64,000 bases of DNA, taken from Desulfarculia bacterium. GTDB lineage: Bacteria > Desulfobacterota > Desulfarculia > Adiutricales > JAGVGV01. A model generated the notes under the pieces. It was not told the DNA's origin and made no database searches. It saw nothing but the letters and a program-made list of their open reading frames with translations. This document shows positions 26,935 through 36,213 of the stretch, in pieces; the first letter of the stretch is position 1; every line of letters begins with the position of its first letter. The DNA is taken from positions 1,472,249 to 1,536,248 of the forward strand of contig OY759590.1 in assembly GCA_963662445.1 (NCBI GenBank), read 5' to 3'. Both the position numbers and the translations under genes were made by a program.

Positions 26935-27435
26935 AAACCCCGCATCTGTTTGCGGGGTTTGAGCTTGTTGACAAAGTCCCATCAAAGGCCCTTGAAAGAG
27001 AAGAAGGCTCCGAGAATGACTGTTCAGGCGGGGTGCTTCGCCCCTGCCGCGAACGGCGGCGACTTCGGACAGTTTTTCCCGCCCAGACCAAGGGGACGCC
27101 CAAGCGGCCGCGTCCCCTTGGAACCCCCGGCCTTTTTAACCCGTCGAACGGCAGGCTGCGCCTGCACGCCACGAGGGGACGTTGTCCCCTACGCTCCCGC
27201 TGGTCGCTACCCCAAATCAGCCCTTCGCCGGGGGGCGAACGTCCGTGTTCGCCGGAGAAAGAGGAAACCGGAAAATCGGCTTTGGGGGTGCAGGTCAGCT
27301 TGATAAAGACAAGAAAGGGGTTTGTCAACAGTCTGAACCCCCGCATCTGTTTGCGGGGGTTGAGTTTGGTGACAAAGCCGCTCCAAAAGCAGTTATGAAG
27401 ATAAGACGGCTCCGAGAATGACCGTTCAGGCGACA
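26935..27435. repeat. Mosaic intergenic repeat, locus 3 (F - C - D - E - F; a core bracketed by about 100 bp direct repeats)
   Basis: 26935-27035 and 27333-27432 are direct repeats. 27089-27332 is the reverse complement of 8579-8822. Confidence 0.8.
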
Positions 27436-27458
27436 GCCTGGCGGAGGCCTCTTTCTTT

Positions 27459-27487
27459 TTGCCCTTGCCGCCGCATCATTGTATAAT
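27459..27487 (+). promoter_or_regulatory. Sigma-70-type promoter candidate positioned for a leaderless transcript
   Basis: TTGCCC (27459-64), 17 nt spacer, TATAAT (27482-87). ATG at 27495 begins 7 nt after the -10 hexamer, and there is no Shine-Dalgarno sequence. Confidence 0.4.
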
Positions 27488-27494
27488 CCCCTCC

Positions 27495-28418
27495 ATGGCC
27501 AAATCCAACTACAACCCAATGGCAAAACCGCCCAAATACCGGGCCCGCTGGCCTTGGCTCGTCCTCGGCCTGATCGTCGTCCTGGTTATCGTCAACCACC
27601 TCTTCCAGTTCTGGCCCTGGCCGGGAACATCGCCCGAGACCCCTCGGACCGCCGAACCCAAGGCTCCGGCCGCCGCCTCAGGTGAAGTCATCGACTACGG
27701 CAAGATCGAACAGCACTCGGACCTCAAACTCGGTGAAATGATCCTGGAGCGAAAAAAGGAATTCGGTATCGGCGACAGTCTGGATATGGTTGTCGGCTCG
27801 GAAGAGTCAATCAAGGTCGGCAATGAGACCATCTCCATCAAGGACATCCTGGCAGAAATAGAATCCGGCGGCGGAGAGGTCCCCATTGAAGAGATACTCC
27901 CTCAACTCGGCGGCGGCCCGGTTATGGAACAGGACCTGACCGAGAAGCCCGCAGATGCTCAGCCCCCGGCCGCACCGGCGGCTCCGGTTTCTCTGCGCAG
28001 GTCGGTCAAATACTACGGCGTCTACGTGGTCCGGCCCGGCGACAACCTCTGGGATATACATTTCTCCTTTCTTCGTGACTACTTCAGCCACCGGGGCGTG
28101 GAGATATCTTCACGGGCCGATGAATCGCCCAACGGGCGCAGCACGGGCGTGGCCAAGATCCTCAAATATGCGGAAAATATGGTCCATGTCTTCAACATGA
28201 AGACCAAACGCCTGGATCAGGATGTCAATCTGCTCGAACCTTACGAAAAAGTCGTGGTCTTCAATCTGACACATCTCAACCTGATACTCGGTTCCCTCAA
28301 GCCCGAGCAGATCAATGAGATACGTTACGACGGCGACCGCATCTATCTGCCTGGAGCCGAGCCCGCTCCCAAGACCGACGGGCCGCCCCAATCGCCTGCC
28401 TCAGGGGCGAACGGATAG
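27495..28418 (+). CDS. Membrane-anchored hypothetical protein with a LysM-like segment
   Basis: MAKSNYNPMAKPPKYRARWPWLVLGLIVVLVIV (one TM), a Pro/Ala-rich linker, then YYGVYVVRPGDNLWDIHFSFL (LysM-like). Confidence 0.6.
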   Translation: MAKSNYNPMAKPPKYRARWPWLVLGLIVVLVIVNHLFQFWPWPGTSPETPRTAEPKAPAAASGEVIDYGKIEQHSDLKLGEMILERKKEFGIGDSLDMVVGSEESIKVGNETISIKDILAEIESGGGEVPIEEILPQLGGGPVMEQDLTEKPADAQPPAAPAAPVSLRRSVKYYGVYVVRPGDNLWDIHFSFLRDYFSHRGVEISSRADESPNGRSTGVAKILKYAENMVHVFNMKTKRLDQDVNLLEPYEKVVVFNLTHLNLILGSLKPEQINEIRYDGDRIYLPGAEPAPKTDGPPQSPASGANG

Positions 28419-28422
28419 AAAC

Positions 28423-28959
28423 GTGGAGAGAAAAATCCGCAATCTGGGCGTTCTCAACGCCTCTTCATTCCACGTCGAGCTTGACGAAGTCGAACGTGCC
28501 GGAGGCCGGACCACCCGGCGTCTGGCCGTCCGCCACCCCTCGGCCGTGGCCGTCCTCCCTTTGCTGGGGGATGACGAAACCCTGCTGGTCGTCCAGCATC
28601 GTTATCCCCTGGACCGGGAAACCCTGGAATTCCCGGCCGGCAAGATGGAGCGCGGTGAAAAACCGGAGCAGGCCGCCTTGCGTGAACTGGCCGAAGAGAC
28701 CGGCTTCAGCGCCGGCCGGCTGACCCCTCTGCTCTCCTTCGCCCCCTCTGTGGGCTACTCGGATGAGATAATCCACGTCTTCACCGCCCATGAACTGCAA
28801 CCCCTGGACCAGGGCCGGGATGAACTGGAAATATCCGGGGTGGAAAGGATTAAGCTCTCCCGTCTCAAGGAAATGGTCCTGGCTGGCGAAATCATTGACG
28901 GCACCACCATCCTCGTTCTGGCCGCCTATGAATGGCTTGGCCAGGGGCGGAAGATGTGA
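28423..28959 (+). CDS. NUDIX hydrolase (ADP-ribose pyrophosphatase-like)
   Basis: Nudix box GKMERGEKPEQAALRELAEETGF. GTG start at 28423, just after the upstream stop codon. Confidence 0.85.
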   Translation: MERKIRNLGVLNASSFHVELDEVERAGGRTTRRLAVRHPSAVAVLPLLGDDETLLVVQHRYPLDRETLEFPAGKMERGEKPEQAALRELAEETGFSAGRLTPLLSFAPSVGYSDEIIHVFTAHELQPLDQGRDELEISGVERIKLSRLKEMVLAGEIIDGTTILVLAAYEWLGQGRKM

Positions 28960-29210
28960 CGCCTCTGGACTATTGAAGAAATATTCTCCTGAGTTATCTT
29001 TGACTCATCCGCCTGACCTCTTGCAGCACCGCCGAACGCTTCATAGGCAACCTCCTGAAGGGACGATGCCTAATCGGTCAATTCATCTGCTACTTTATTC
29101 GGTCATATCATGTGCTCTCTACATTTTTTGACATTCAGGGTTGACTTGACCGGCTGACAGTGGTAAAAAGTCCCCTTCAGAGAGGCCACGCCTCTCTGAC
29201 AAGACAATAT

Positions 29211-29286
29211 GCGCCGCTAGCTCAACTGGCAGAGCAAATGACTCTTAATCATTAGGTTGTAGGTTCGATTCCTACGCGGCGCACCA
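29211..29286 (+). tRNA. tRNA-Lys (anticodon CTT), CCA encoded
   Basis: Cloverleaf folded by hand. Acceptor stem GCGCCGC/GCGGCGC, D stem GCTC/GAGC, anticodon stem AATGA/TCATT with loop CTCTTAA, T arm GTAGG-TTCGATT-CCTAC, then ACCA. Confidence 0.9.
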
Positions 29287-29294
29287 AGAAAATC

Positions 29295-29328
29295 AAGGGC
29301 TTAAGTCATATCGACTTAAGCCCTTTTT
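29295..29328 (+). terminator. Rho-independent terminator after tRNA-Lys
   Basis: AAGGGCTTAAGTC-atatc-GACTTAAGCCCTT (13 bp stem) followed by TTT. Confidence 0.65.
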
Positions 29329-29590
29329 ACTTACAGGCAGCCATGGGCAGCATTGGGAAAAATTCCAGTCGGTAATGCCGGAACCATAGATAATAGTGTG
29401 CGGTGGGGGGTTATGAGGGAACAGATAAGGTTAGAATTGTTGATGTGGCGCATTAGTTAACCGGAAGGCCATGGCTCGCCACTCGATAAAGCCTATAATT
29501 GTCAACGCTTATTGTGACCATGGTGCCTTATCTTCTCTCGTTGTTATCCATCTATTCATTTTTTCCGGCTGGATATGCCATAATGCCTCC

Positions 29591-30781
29591 ATGGAAAGGC
29601 GGAGCATCATTCATCTGGACATGGACGCCTTTTATGCGGCTGTGGAAGTCCTGGACAATCCGGAGCTGCGGGGGCGGCCGGTTATTGTGGGCGGCAGCGC
29701 CCGCCGGGGCGTGGTTTCGACCTGTTCCTACGAAGCCCGCCGTTTCGGCGTCCATTCGGCCATGCCCATGTCCCAGGCCCTGTGCCGCTGCCCGGACGCC
29801 GTGGTTTTGCCGGTCCGAATGTCCCGCTATAAAGAATTGTCGGAACTGATTTTCGATATCTACCGGCGCTATACCCCTCTCATAGAACCGCTCTCCCTGG
29901 ACGAAGCCTTTCTGGATGTTACGGCCTCCGAGCGTCTGTTCGGACCGGCGGCGGAAATGGCCCGGACAATAAAGATTCTGGTCAGAAACGAAACCGGGGG
30001 ACTGACCGTCTCCGCCGGAGTCGCTCCCAACAAGCTGACGGCCAAGATAGCTTCAGACATGAAAAAACCGGACGGCTTGACCGTGGTGTCGCCGGACCGG
30101 GTCCGGGAGTTTCTGGCCCCGCTGCCCATCGGGCGGCTGTGGGGAGTAGGTAGGGTCGGCCGGAATTCCCTGGCCATGCTGGGCGTGGAAACCATCGGCG
30201 ACCTGGTCCGGCTGCCGGAGGATCTGGTCCGCGCCAGGTTCGGAGACCATGGCCTGGACTTGCAGGCTCTGGCCAGAGGGGAAGACGACCGGCCGGTGGA
30301 GCCGGAGAGGGACGTCAAATCCGTCGGGGCCGAGGAAACTTATCTGGAAGACATTACGGCCCTGGATGCGGCCCGGCGGGAGATTCTCTGGCTGTCCACG
30401 CGCACGGCCCGCCGCCTCAGACGATCCGGCCTGGTCTGCCGCACTGTCACCGTCAAAGTCAAATATGCTGATTTCAAGCTGATTACCAGGGCCGAAACCC
30501 TGCATCGGGCCACGGACGACCACCGGGAGATATTCCGCACGGCGGATCGTCTGCTGGGGAAGACCGAAGTCGGCCGCCGTCCGGCTCGCCTGCTGGGGGT
30601 CTCTCTCTCCGGGCTGGATGTGGAAGGCGAACCCCGGCAGGGCAGCCTGTTCGCCGAGGAGCCCGGGGACGAAAGGGGCCGCCGCCTGAACCGGGCACTG
30701 GACCGTATTTCGGACAAATTCGGCGACCGGGCCCTGCTTCCGGCCACTCTTCTGCGCGGTAACGAAGATCCGGAAGACTGA
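29591..30781 (+). CDS. dinB: DNA polymerase IV (Y-family)
   Basis: MERRSIIHLDMDAFYAAVEVLDNPELRGRPVIVGG...SLDEAFLDVT...KLTAKIASD. I took ATG at 29591. Confidence 0.9.
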   Translation: MERRSIIHLDMDAFYAAVEVLDNPELRGRPVIVGGSARRGVVSTCSYEARRFGVHSAMPMSQALCRCPDAVVLPVRMSRYKELSELIFDIYRRYTPLIEPLSLDEAFLDVTASERLFGPAAEMARTIKILVRNETGGLTVSAGVAPNKLTAKIASDMKKPDGLTVVSPDRVREFLAPLPIGRLWGVGRVGRNSLAMLGVETIGDLVRLPEDLVRARFGDHGLDLQALARGEDDRPVEPERDVKSVGAEETYLEDITALDAARREILWLSTRTARRLRRSGLVCRTVTVKVKYADFKLITRAETLHRATDDHREIFRTADRLLGKTEVGRRPARLLGVSLSGLDVEGEPRQGSLFAEEPGDERGRRLNRALDRISDKFGDRALLPATLLRGNEDPED

Positions 30782-30918
30782 AAGGCGCAAAGTCCAGGCC
30801 TTGTTTCTTCTCAAGACTCCGGGCGGCCGGAATTCGGGGTAAAAACTGTTGTTATGCCGGGCCGAGTTTTGTTAAGTTATAACCGCGTAGATAAGAAGGG
30901 AAAAAGGGTTTTGAAACC

Positions 30919-31395
30919 ATGAAGATAGGCGTCATGTCGGACACCCACCTCTACAGCGTGACGGATGAACTCAAACGCATCGTCGAAGGGGTTTTCAGCC
31001 GGACCGACCTTGTCCTTCACGCCGGAGACATCGTTTCGGGCGAAGTGCTGGTCTATCTGGAAAGCTGCGGAGTGGTGGCCGTGCATGGAAACATGTGCCG
31101 ACCGGAAGTGGCCGAGTCCTTGCCGGATAAAAGAGTGGTCGAGGCGGCCGGCTTCCGCATCGGGCTCATGCATGGCTGGGGTGCGCGGGACGGTTTGGCT
31201 AGGCGCTTGCGCCGGGAATTCGGCGAAATAGACTGCCTGGTCTACGGCCACAGCCACAGAGCCGACAACACCCGCGTGGGCGGAGAGCTTGTCTTCAATC
31301 CCGGCACGGCTGTTATGGACTCATTCGGCCGCAATACTGTGGGCCTGCTGACCATCACCGACAGCATCCAAGGCGAGATAATACCGCTCGATTAG
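30919..31395 (+). CDS. YfcE/MJ0936-family metallophosphoesterase
   Basis: MKIGVMSDTHL...LHAGDIVS...VHGNMC...YGHSH motifs. Confidence 0.8.
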   Translation: MKIGVMSDTHLYSVTDELKRIVEGVFSRTDLVLHAGDIVSGEVLVYLESCGVVAVHGNMCRPEVAESLPDKRVVEAAGFRIGLMHGWGARDGLARRLRREFGEIDCLVYGHSHRADNTRVGGELVFNPGTAVMDSFGRNTVGLLTITDSIQGEIIPLD

Positions 31396-31405
31396 GAGGT
31401 CCGAT

Positions 31406-31915
31406 ATGAAAAACCTGTGGGCGCCCTGGCGGATGACCTACATTCTGGGCGAAGACGAAGCCGCCAGGAACCAATCCTGCATCTTCTGCGTGGATGAAGA
31501 CAAGGCTGTTCCGGATAAATCGCGGCTGATACTGCACGTAGGGCGGCTGAGCATGGTCATGATGAACCGCTATCCCTACAACAACGGACATCTGCTGGTC
31601 GCCCCCCGGCGTCATGTGCCGGACCTGTCACATCTGACCACGGAAGAGATGGCCAACCTGATGGAAACCCTGCGGGGGACCATCGAAATAATGAAGAAGG
31701 ATTTCAACCCCGACGGCTTCAACGTGGGCCTGAACATGGGCCGGGTGGCCGGGGCCGGGGTGGAAGACCACATGCACTTCCATATCGTGCCGCGCTGGAA
31801 CGGCGACACCAATTTCATGACCGTATTTGCCGACGTGCGGGTGGTGCCCGAACACCTGGAGGCCGCGTACGACCGCCTGCTGCCGCGTTTTCAGAATCTG
31901 GAGGTTGAGGCATGA
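31406..31915 (+). CDS. HIT-family (histidine triad) nucleotide hydrolase/transferase
   Basis: NRYPYNNGHLLVAPRRH and the triad HMHFHIVPR. Confidence 0.85.
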   Translation: MKNLWAPWRMTYILGEDEAARNQSCIFCVDEDKAVPDKSRLILHVGRLSMVMMNRYPYNNGHLLVAPRRHVPDLSHLTTEEMANLMETLRGTIEIMKKDFNPDGFNVGLNMGRVAGAGVEDHMHFHIVPRWNGDTNFMTVFADVRVVPEHLEAAYDRLLPRFQNLEVEA

Positions 31916-32271
31916 GAACGGCCAAGGCGTTCCTGTGGGGAGTCTTCATCGTGCTTCTGGTGCTCTTCGTGGTCCAGAACCTGGGGGCCTTGTCCCATAC
32001 GGAAAGCCTGCGGCTGAACCTCCTGCTCTTCTCCCTGGACAGCCCGCCGTTGCCGGTCTCGCTGCTGGCGGTGGTCTGCCTGGCCCTGGGCTATATGACG
32101 GCCTTCGGGCTTGGGCTGGTTCGCCGCCGCCGCCTCAAAAAGGAAATGAAGGAACTGAACTGGCGGCTGGGCCGGGCCGAAGAGGAACTCAAATCCCTGC
32201 GCAACCTGCCCATAACCGGCGAGATGTCAGCCGAAGCCGCTTCACGGCCATCCGTCCCGGGAGGTCGCTGA
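31912..32271 (+). CDS. lapA: LapA-like (DUF1049) inner-membrane protein
   Basis: 119 aa, two TM helices followed by a charged coiled tail. Sits immediately upstream of the LapB-like gene, with a 4 nt overlap with the HIT gene. Confidence 0.7.
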   Translation: MRTAKAFLWGVFIVLLVLFVVQNLGALSHTESLRLNLLLFSLDSPPLPVSLLAVVCLALGYMTAFGLGLVRRRRLKKEMKELNWRLGRAEEELKSLRNLPITGEMSAEAASRPSVPGGR

Positions 32272-32274
32272 GCC

Positions 32275-33594
32275 ATGTTCAATCAGACGGTGGCCCTGCC
32301 TGGTTTCAGCCTGACCATTTTTCAGCTTCTTATGGGCATCGCTCTTGCCGCCCTGCTGGCAGGGTGGCTCCTCGGCTGGCTCTTAAACCGTCCCAGGCCG
32401 GGCGGCAAAACGGAAAACCGGGCAGCCGACAAGGAGCGCCTGGTTTCCAACGCGGCGTTCATGAAGGGCATAAACTACATTCTGACCGACAAACCCGATT
32501 TGGCCATTGAGGAGCTGACCCGTGCGGTGACCCTGGATTCGGAAACCGTGGAGACCTATGTGGCCCTGGGCAACCTCTTCCGCAGCAAAGGCGAAATCGA
32601 CCGGGCGGTGCGTATTCGGCAGAGCATAATTCTCAGGCCCAATCTGGATGAAAAGGTGCGGCGGCAGGCCCTTTTCGATCTGGGGCTGGACTATCGCCGG
32701 GGCGGCCTTCTGGACCGGGCCGTCAAGACCTTCGAAGATGTTATCAAGGCCGATTCCACCTGGGTGGAGGCCTACCAGCAATTGGTGCGCATCTATGAAG
32801 ATGTCCGCGACTGGGACAAGGCCTTCGAGACTCAGCAGAAACTGGCCAAGCTGACCGGTGCGCCCTCCCGAGGGGTAATGGCCCATCATCAGGTCGAACT
32901 TGGCAAGGTGCATTTCGAAAAGGGCCGTCTGCCTCAGGCTCAGGCGGCCTACAAGAAAGCGTTGAGCCTCGATCCGTCCTGCGTGGACGCCTATCTGCAT
33001 CTGGGGGATCTGCATCTGCATGAAGGCAAACCCAAGAAGGCCGTCGAGGTCTGGCGCAAGATAGCCGCCGCCTCGCCGGAGATGACGTTTCTGGCTTTCG
33101 GCCGTCTGACCCGCGTGGCCGCTGTCTTGAAAGACCTGCGGCCCGTGGAAGAGTTCCTGGCTCAGTGCGCGGCCGGGGATCAGAGCGCCTTGGCCAGGCT
33201 CGTTCAGGGCAGGCTGTCGGCCCAGCGCGGCCGCATCGACGAAGCCCTGGCTGAACTCGGGCGGGCCGTGGACATGGACCCGGATCTGTACGAAGCCCGG
33301 CGGGAGATTGGTCTCATTCTGCTGACCAGGGGAAGGGACGCCGAGGCCTTGCAGGCCTACCGCGATCTGCTGGATCATCTGACCGTGCCCGACGCCGAGT
33401 TCCAGTGCGGGCGTTGCGGCCTGGTTTCCCCCGAACTGCAATGGCGCTGTCCCCAGTGTTGCGCCTGGGATTCCATGTCGCTCCACCGCCGCCACCCCCT
33501 GCTTTTTGACCGGGAGGAAATACCCGGACAACGGCAGGATGAAACCCCGTCCGAATCTTGCGCCGGGATTGAGACCGAAGAGGTTCGCAACTGA
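32275..33594 (+). CDS. lapB: LapB/YciM-like LPS assembly regulator (TM, TPR repeats, C-terminal rubredoxin-type zinc finger)
   Basis: 439 aa. TPR-rich, with C-terminal FQCGRCG...WRCPQCCAWDS. Confidence 0.8.
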   Translation: MFNQTVALPGFSLTIFQLLMGIALAALLAGWLLGWLLNRPRPGGKTENRAADKERLVSNAAFMKGINYILTDKPDLAIEELTRAVTLDSETVETYVALGNLFRSKGEIDRAVRIRQSIILRPNLDEKVRRQALFDLGLDYRRGGLLDRAVKTFEDVIKADSTWVEAYQQLVRIYEDVRDWDKAFETQQKLAKLTGAPSRGVMAHHQVELGKVHFEKGRLPQAQAAYKKALSLDPSCVDAYLHLGDLHLHEGKPKKAVEVWRKIAAASPEMTFLAFGRLTRVAAVLKDLRPVEEFLAQCAAGDQSALARLVQGRLSAQRGRIDEALAELGRAVDMDPDLYEARREIGLILLTRGRDAEALQAYRDLLDHLTVPDAEFQCGRCGLVSPELQWRCPQCCAWDSMSLHRRHPLLFDREEIPGQRQDETPSESCAGIETEEVRN

Positions 33595-33597
33595 AGC

Positions 33598-36213
33598 ATG
33601 TCCAAACTGACCCCGATGCTCAAGCAGTATTTTTCCATCAAGGAAAAGCATCCAGATGAAATTCTTTTCTTCCGCATGGGCGATTTTTACGAGATGTTTT
33701 TCGAGGACGCGGTCAAGGCCGCTCCGGTCCTGGAAATAGCCCTCACTTCCCGCTCCAAGTACGAAGATCGGGACATCCCCATGTGCGGGGTGCCCTACCA
33801 CGCCGCTGAAACCTACATCAACCGGATGATCGGGGCCGGACTCAAGGTGGCCGTCTGCGACCAGGTGGAAGACCCCCGGCTGGCCAAGGGCATCGTGGCC
33901 AGGGAAGTGACCCGCGTGGTTACGCCGGGCATGGTCGTTTCCCCGGAGATGGACGACCCCAAGACCTCCCGTTATCTGGCCGCCGCTGTCGGCCCGCCGG
34001 AAGACGCTCCGGAGCTGCGTTACGGGCTGGCCGCGCTGGATGTAAGCACCGGTGACTTTTTTCTGACCGAACTGCCCGATTCCCGTGCCCTGACCGCAGA
34101 ACTTTCCCGCGTTTCTCCGGCGGAGCTGCTTATCAGCGAAGAGGATTCCTCCGGCCTGGCCGACGCGGCCGCAGAACTGGGGCTTTACACCACCTCTTTC
34201 GAATCCGTGGCTTTTGACTATGCCCGTGCCAGGCTGGTGCTGACCGCCCGCTTCGGCGAACACGCCCTGGCCGGCTTCGGCGTGGCGGACATGCCGCTGG
34301 GACTGGCCGCCGCCGGGGCCGCCCTGCTTTACGCCCAGGAGAAACAGGGCCGGGATCTGGTGCATCTGGACCGTCTGCGGGCCTACCGCCTGGAAGACTT
34401 CATGGTCCTGGACGAAACGACCAAGCGCAACCTGGAACTCTTCGCCACGCTCAGGGACCGGGGCCGGGCCGGATCGCTCATCGGCCTGCTGGACATGACC
34501 GTGACGGCCATGGGCGGACGCAAACTCAAGCATTGGCTGGGCTATCCTCTGCTGGACCGCCGGGAAGTGGCCCAGCGCCACGATGCGCTGGAAGCTTTGG
34601 TCGTGGACGGACTGGCCCGCGCCGATTTCCGCGGCTTGCTGGGCGGGGTTCACGACCTGGAAAGGCTGACCGGAAGAATTTCCCTCAACCGGGCCACACC
34701 CAGGGACCTGTCTTCCCTGAAAAACAGCCTCCAGCGCTTGCCCGCCGTCAAGTCTCTGCTGCTCGGCCAGTCCGACGGGCGTCTGCGGGAGCTGGGGGAG
34801 AGCCTCGACGTGCTGGCCGATGTGGCCGGGCTGATCGCCTCGGCCCTGGTGGATGGCCCTCCGCTCAGTCTGAAGGAAGGCGGCCTTTTTCTGCGGGGGT
34901 TCAAGCCCGAACTGGACGAACTGATGGACATAATGTCCGACGGCAAGGGCTGGATCGCCAGGATGGAGAAGTCCGAGCGCGAACGCACCGGGATCAATTC
35001 GCTCAAGGTCGGCTTCAACCGGGTCTTCGGGTACTATATAGAAATAACCAGGGCCAATCAGCACCTGGTGCCCGAGGACTACATCCGCAAGCAGACCCTG
35101 GCCGGGGCTGAGCGTTTCATTACGCCCGAGCTCAAGGAGCAGGAGGAGAAAGTCCTTACGGCCGAGGAACGCCGCGTCTCGCTGGAGACCGAACTCTTCG
35201 ACGAACTGCGGCGGGAAATAACCGGGCATTCGTCCCGGCTGAGGCGCACGGCCGATCTGCTGGCCGAACTGGATGTCCTGGCTGCTCTGGCCGAGGCTGC
35301 GGTCAAGTTCGATTACGTCCGGCCGGAATTGCTGGACGGCGACCGCCTGGAGATAGAGGGCGGTCGGCACCCGGTCATAGAAAGGTCGCTGCGCGGTGAG
35401 ACCTTCGTGCCCAACGACGTGATTCTGGACAACGATTCGGAACAGATACTCATCATCACCGGACCCAACATGGCCGGTAAGTCGACCATCCTGCGCCAGA
35501 CGGCCCTTATCGTCCTGATGTGCCAGATCGGTTCCTTCGTCCCGGCCGAAAAGGCCCGGCTGGGTCTGGTGGACCGGATTTTCACCAGGGTGGGCGCGTC
35601 GGACGATCTGACCAGGGGACGTTCGACCTTCATGGTCGAGATGAACGAAACAGCTCAGATACTCAACCAGGCCACGCCCCGCAGCCTAGTCATCCTGGAT
35701 GAAATCGGACGCGGCACCAGCACCTTCGACGGACTCTCCATCGCCTGGGCCGTGGCCGAATACCTGCACGACCTTCAGGGAGTGGGGGTGCGGACCATGT
35801 TCGCCACTCACTATCATGAACTGGTCGATCTGGCCCGGACCCATGTCCGGGTGAGAAACTACAACGTGGCCGTGAAAGAGTGGCAGGGCTCCGTCATCTT
35901 TCTGCGCAAACTGGTTCCGGGCGGGGTCAGCCGCAGCTACGGCATCGCCGTGGCCCGCCTGGCCGGTCTGCCGGGACGGGTCCTGGCCCGGGCCACGGAG
36001 ATATTGGAAAACCTGGAAGACGGCGGGACCGCTTCAAACGGTCTGCCCAAGCCGCATCGTCCCCGGAGCAAATCCGGTAAATCCACGGTGCAGCTCAGCC
36101 TCTTCGGCCCCGCCGACAACGGTCTGGCCGATGAACTCCGCCGCCTTGACGTCGACGCCCTGACTCCTTTGGAAGCCTTGAACGAACTGGCCAAGCTGAA
36201 AAGAATGGTATGA
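33598..36213 (+). CDS. mutS: DNA mismatch repair protein MutS
   Basis: 871 aa. TPMLKQYFSIKEKHPDEILFFRMGDFYEMFFEDA, Walker A ITGPNMAGKST, STFMVEM, DEIGRGTSTFDG. Confidence 0.95.
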   Translation: MSKLTPMLKQYFSIKEKHPDEILFFRMGDFYEMFFEDAVKAAPVLEIALTSRSKYEDRDIPMCGVPYHAAETYINRMIGAGLKVAVCDQVEDPRLAKGIVAREVTRVVTPGMVVSPEMDDPKTSRYLAAAVGPPEDAPELRYGLAALDVSTGDFFLTELPDSRALTAELSRVSPAELLISEEDSSGLADAAAELGLYTTSFESVAFDYARARLVLTARFGEHALAGFGVADMPLGLAAAGAALLYAQEKQGRDLVHLDRLRAYRLEDFMVLDETTKRNLELFATLRDRGRAGSLIGLLDMTVTAMGGRKLKHWLGYPLLDRREVAQRHDALEALVVDGLARADFRGLLGGVHDLERLTGRISLNRATPRDLSSLKNSLQRLPAVKSLLLGQSDGRLRELGESLDVLADVAGLIASALVDGPPLSLKEGGLFLRGFKPELDELMDIMSDGKGWIARMEKSERERTGINSLKVGFNRVFGYYIEITRANQHLVPEDYIRKQTLAGAERFITPELKEQEEKVLTAEERRVSLETELFDELRREITGHSSRLRRTADLLAELDVLAALAEAAVKFDYVRPELLDGDRLEIEGGRHPVIERSLRGETFVPNDVILDNDSEQILIITGPNMAGKSTILRQTALIVLMCQIGSFVPAEKARLGLVDRIFTRVGASDDLTRGRSTFMVEMNETAQILNQATPRSLVILDEIGRGTSTFDGLSIAWAVAEYLHDLQGVGVRTMFATHYHELVDLARTHVRVRNYNVAVKEWQGSVIFLRKLVPGGVSRSYGIAVARLAGLPGRVLARATEILENLEDGGTASNGLPKPHRPRSKSGKSTVQLSLFGPADNGLADELRRLDVDALTPLEALNELAKLKRMV

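Noticed and set aside
29179-29199. The hairpin CAGAGAGGC-cac-GCCTCTCTG just upstream of tRNA-Lys, considered as a regulatory element.
   Set aside because: It is a single short stem with no partner motifs. It may simply be part of the pre-tRNA leader, and the evidence is insufficient to call a feature.
29329-29590. A search for a LexA/SOS box upstream of dinB. GGTTA...TAACC pairs occur around 29431-29462.
   Set aside because: The arm spacing (more than 20 nt) fits none of the LexA motifs I know for Proteobacteria, so no convincing palindrome was found. This is left uncalled.
29211-30781. tRNA-Lys followed by a lower-GC stretch and dinB, considered as a possible integration site or genomic island.
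   Set aside because: I could see no integrase, no direct repeat of the tRNA 3' end and no phage or IS genes downstream. The flanking genes are ordinary housekeeping genes.
32383-35370. A 995 aa minus-strand ORF, the longest non-annotated ORF in the window.
   Set aside because: It lies antisense to the unmistakable lapB and mutS genes. Its translation is low-complexity and rich in Gly, Pro, Ala, Arg and Gln, with no recognisable motifs. Long antisense ORFs like this are expected in 60% GC DNA where stop codons are rare.
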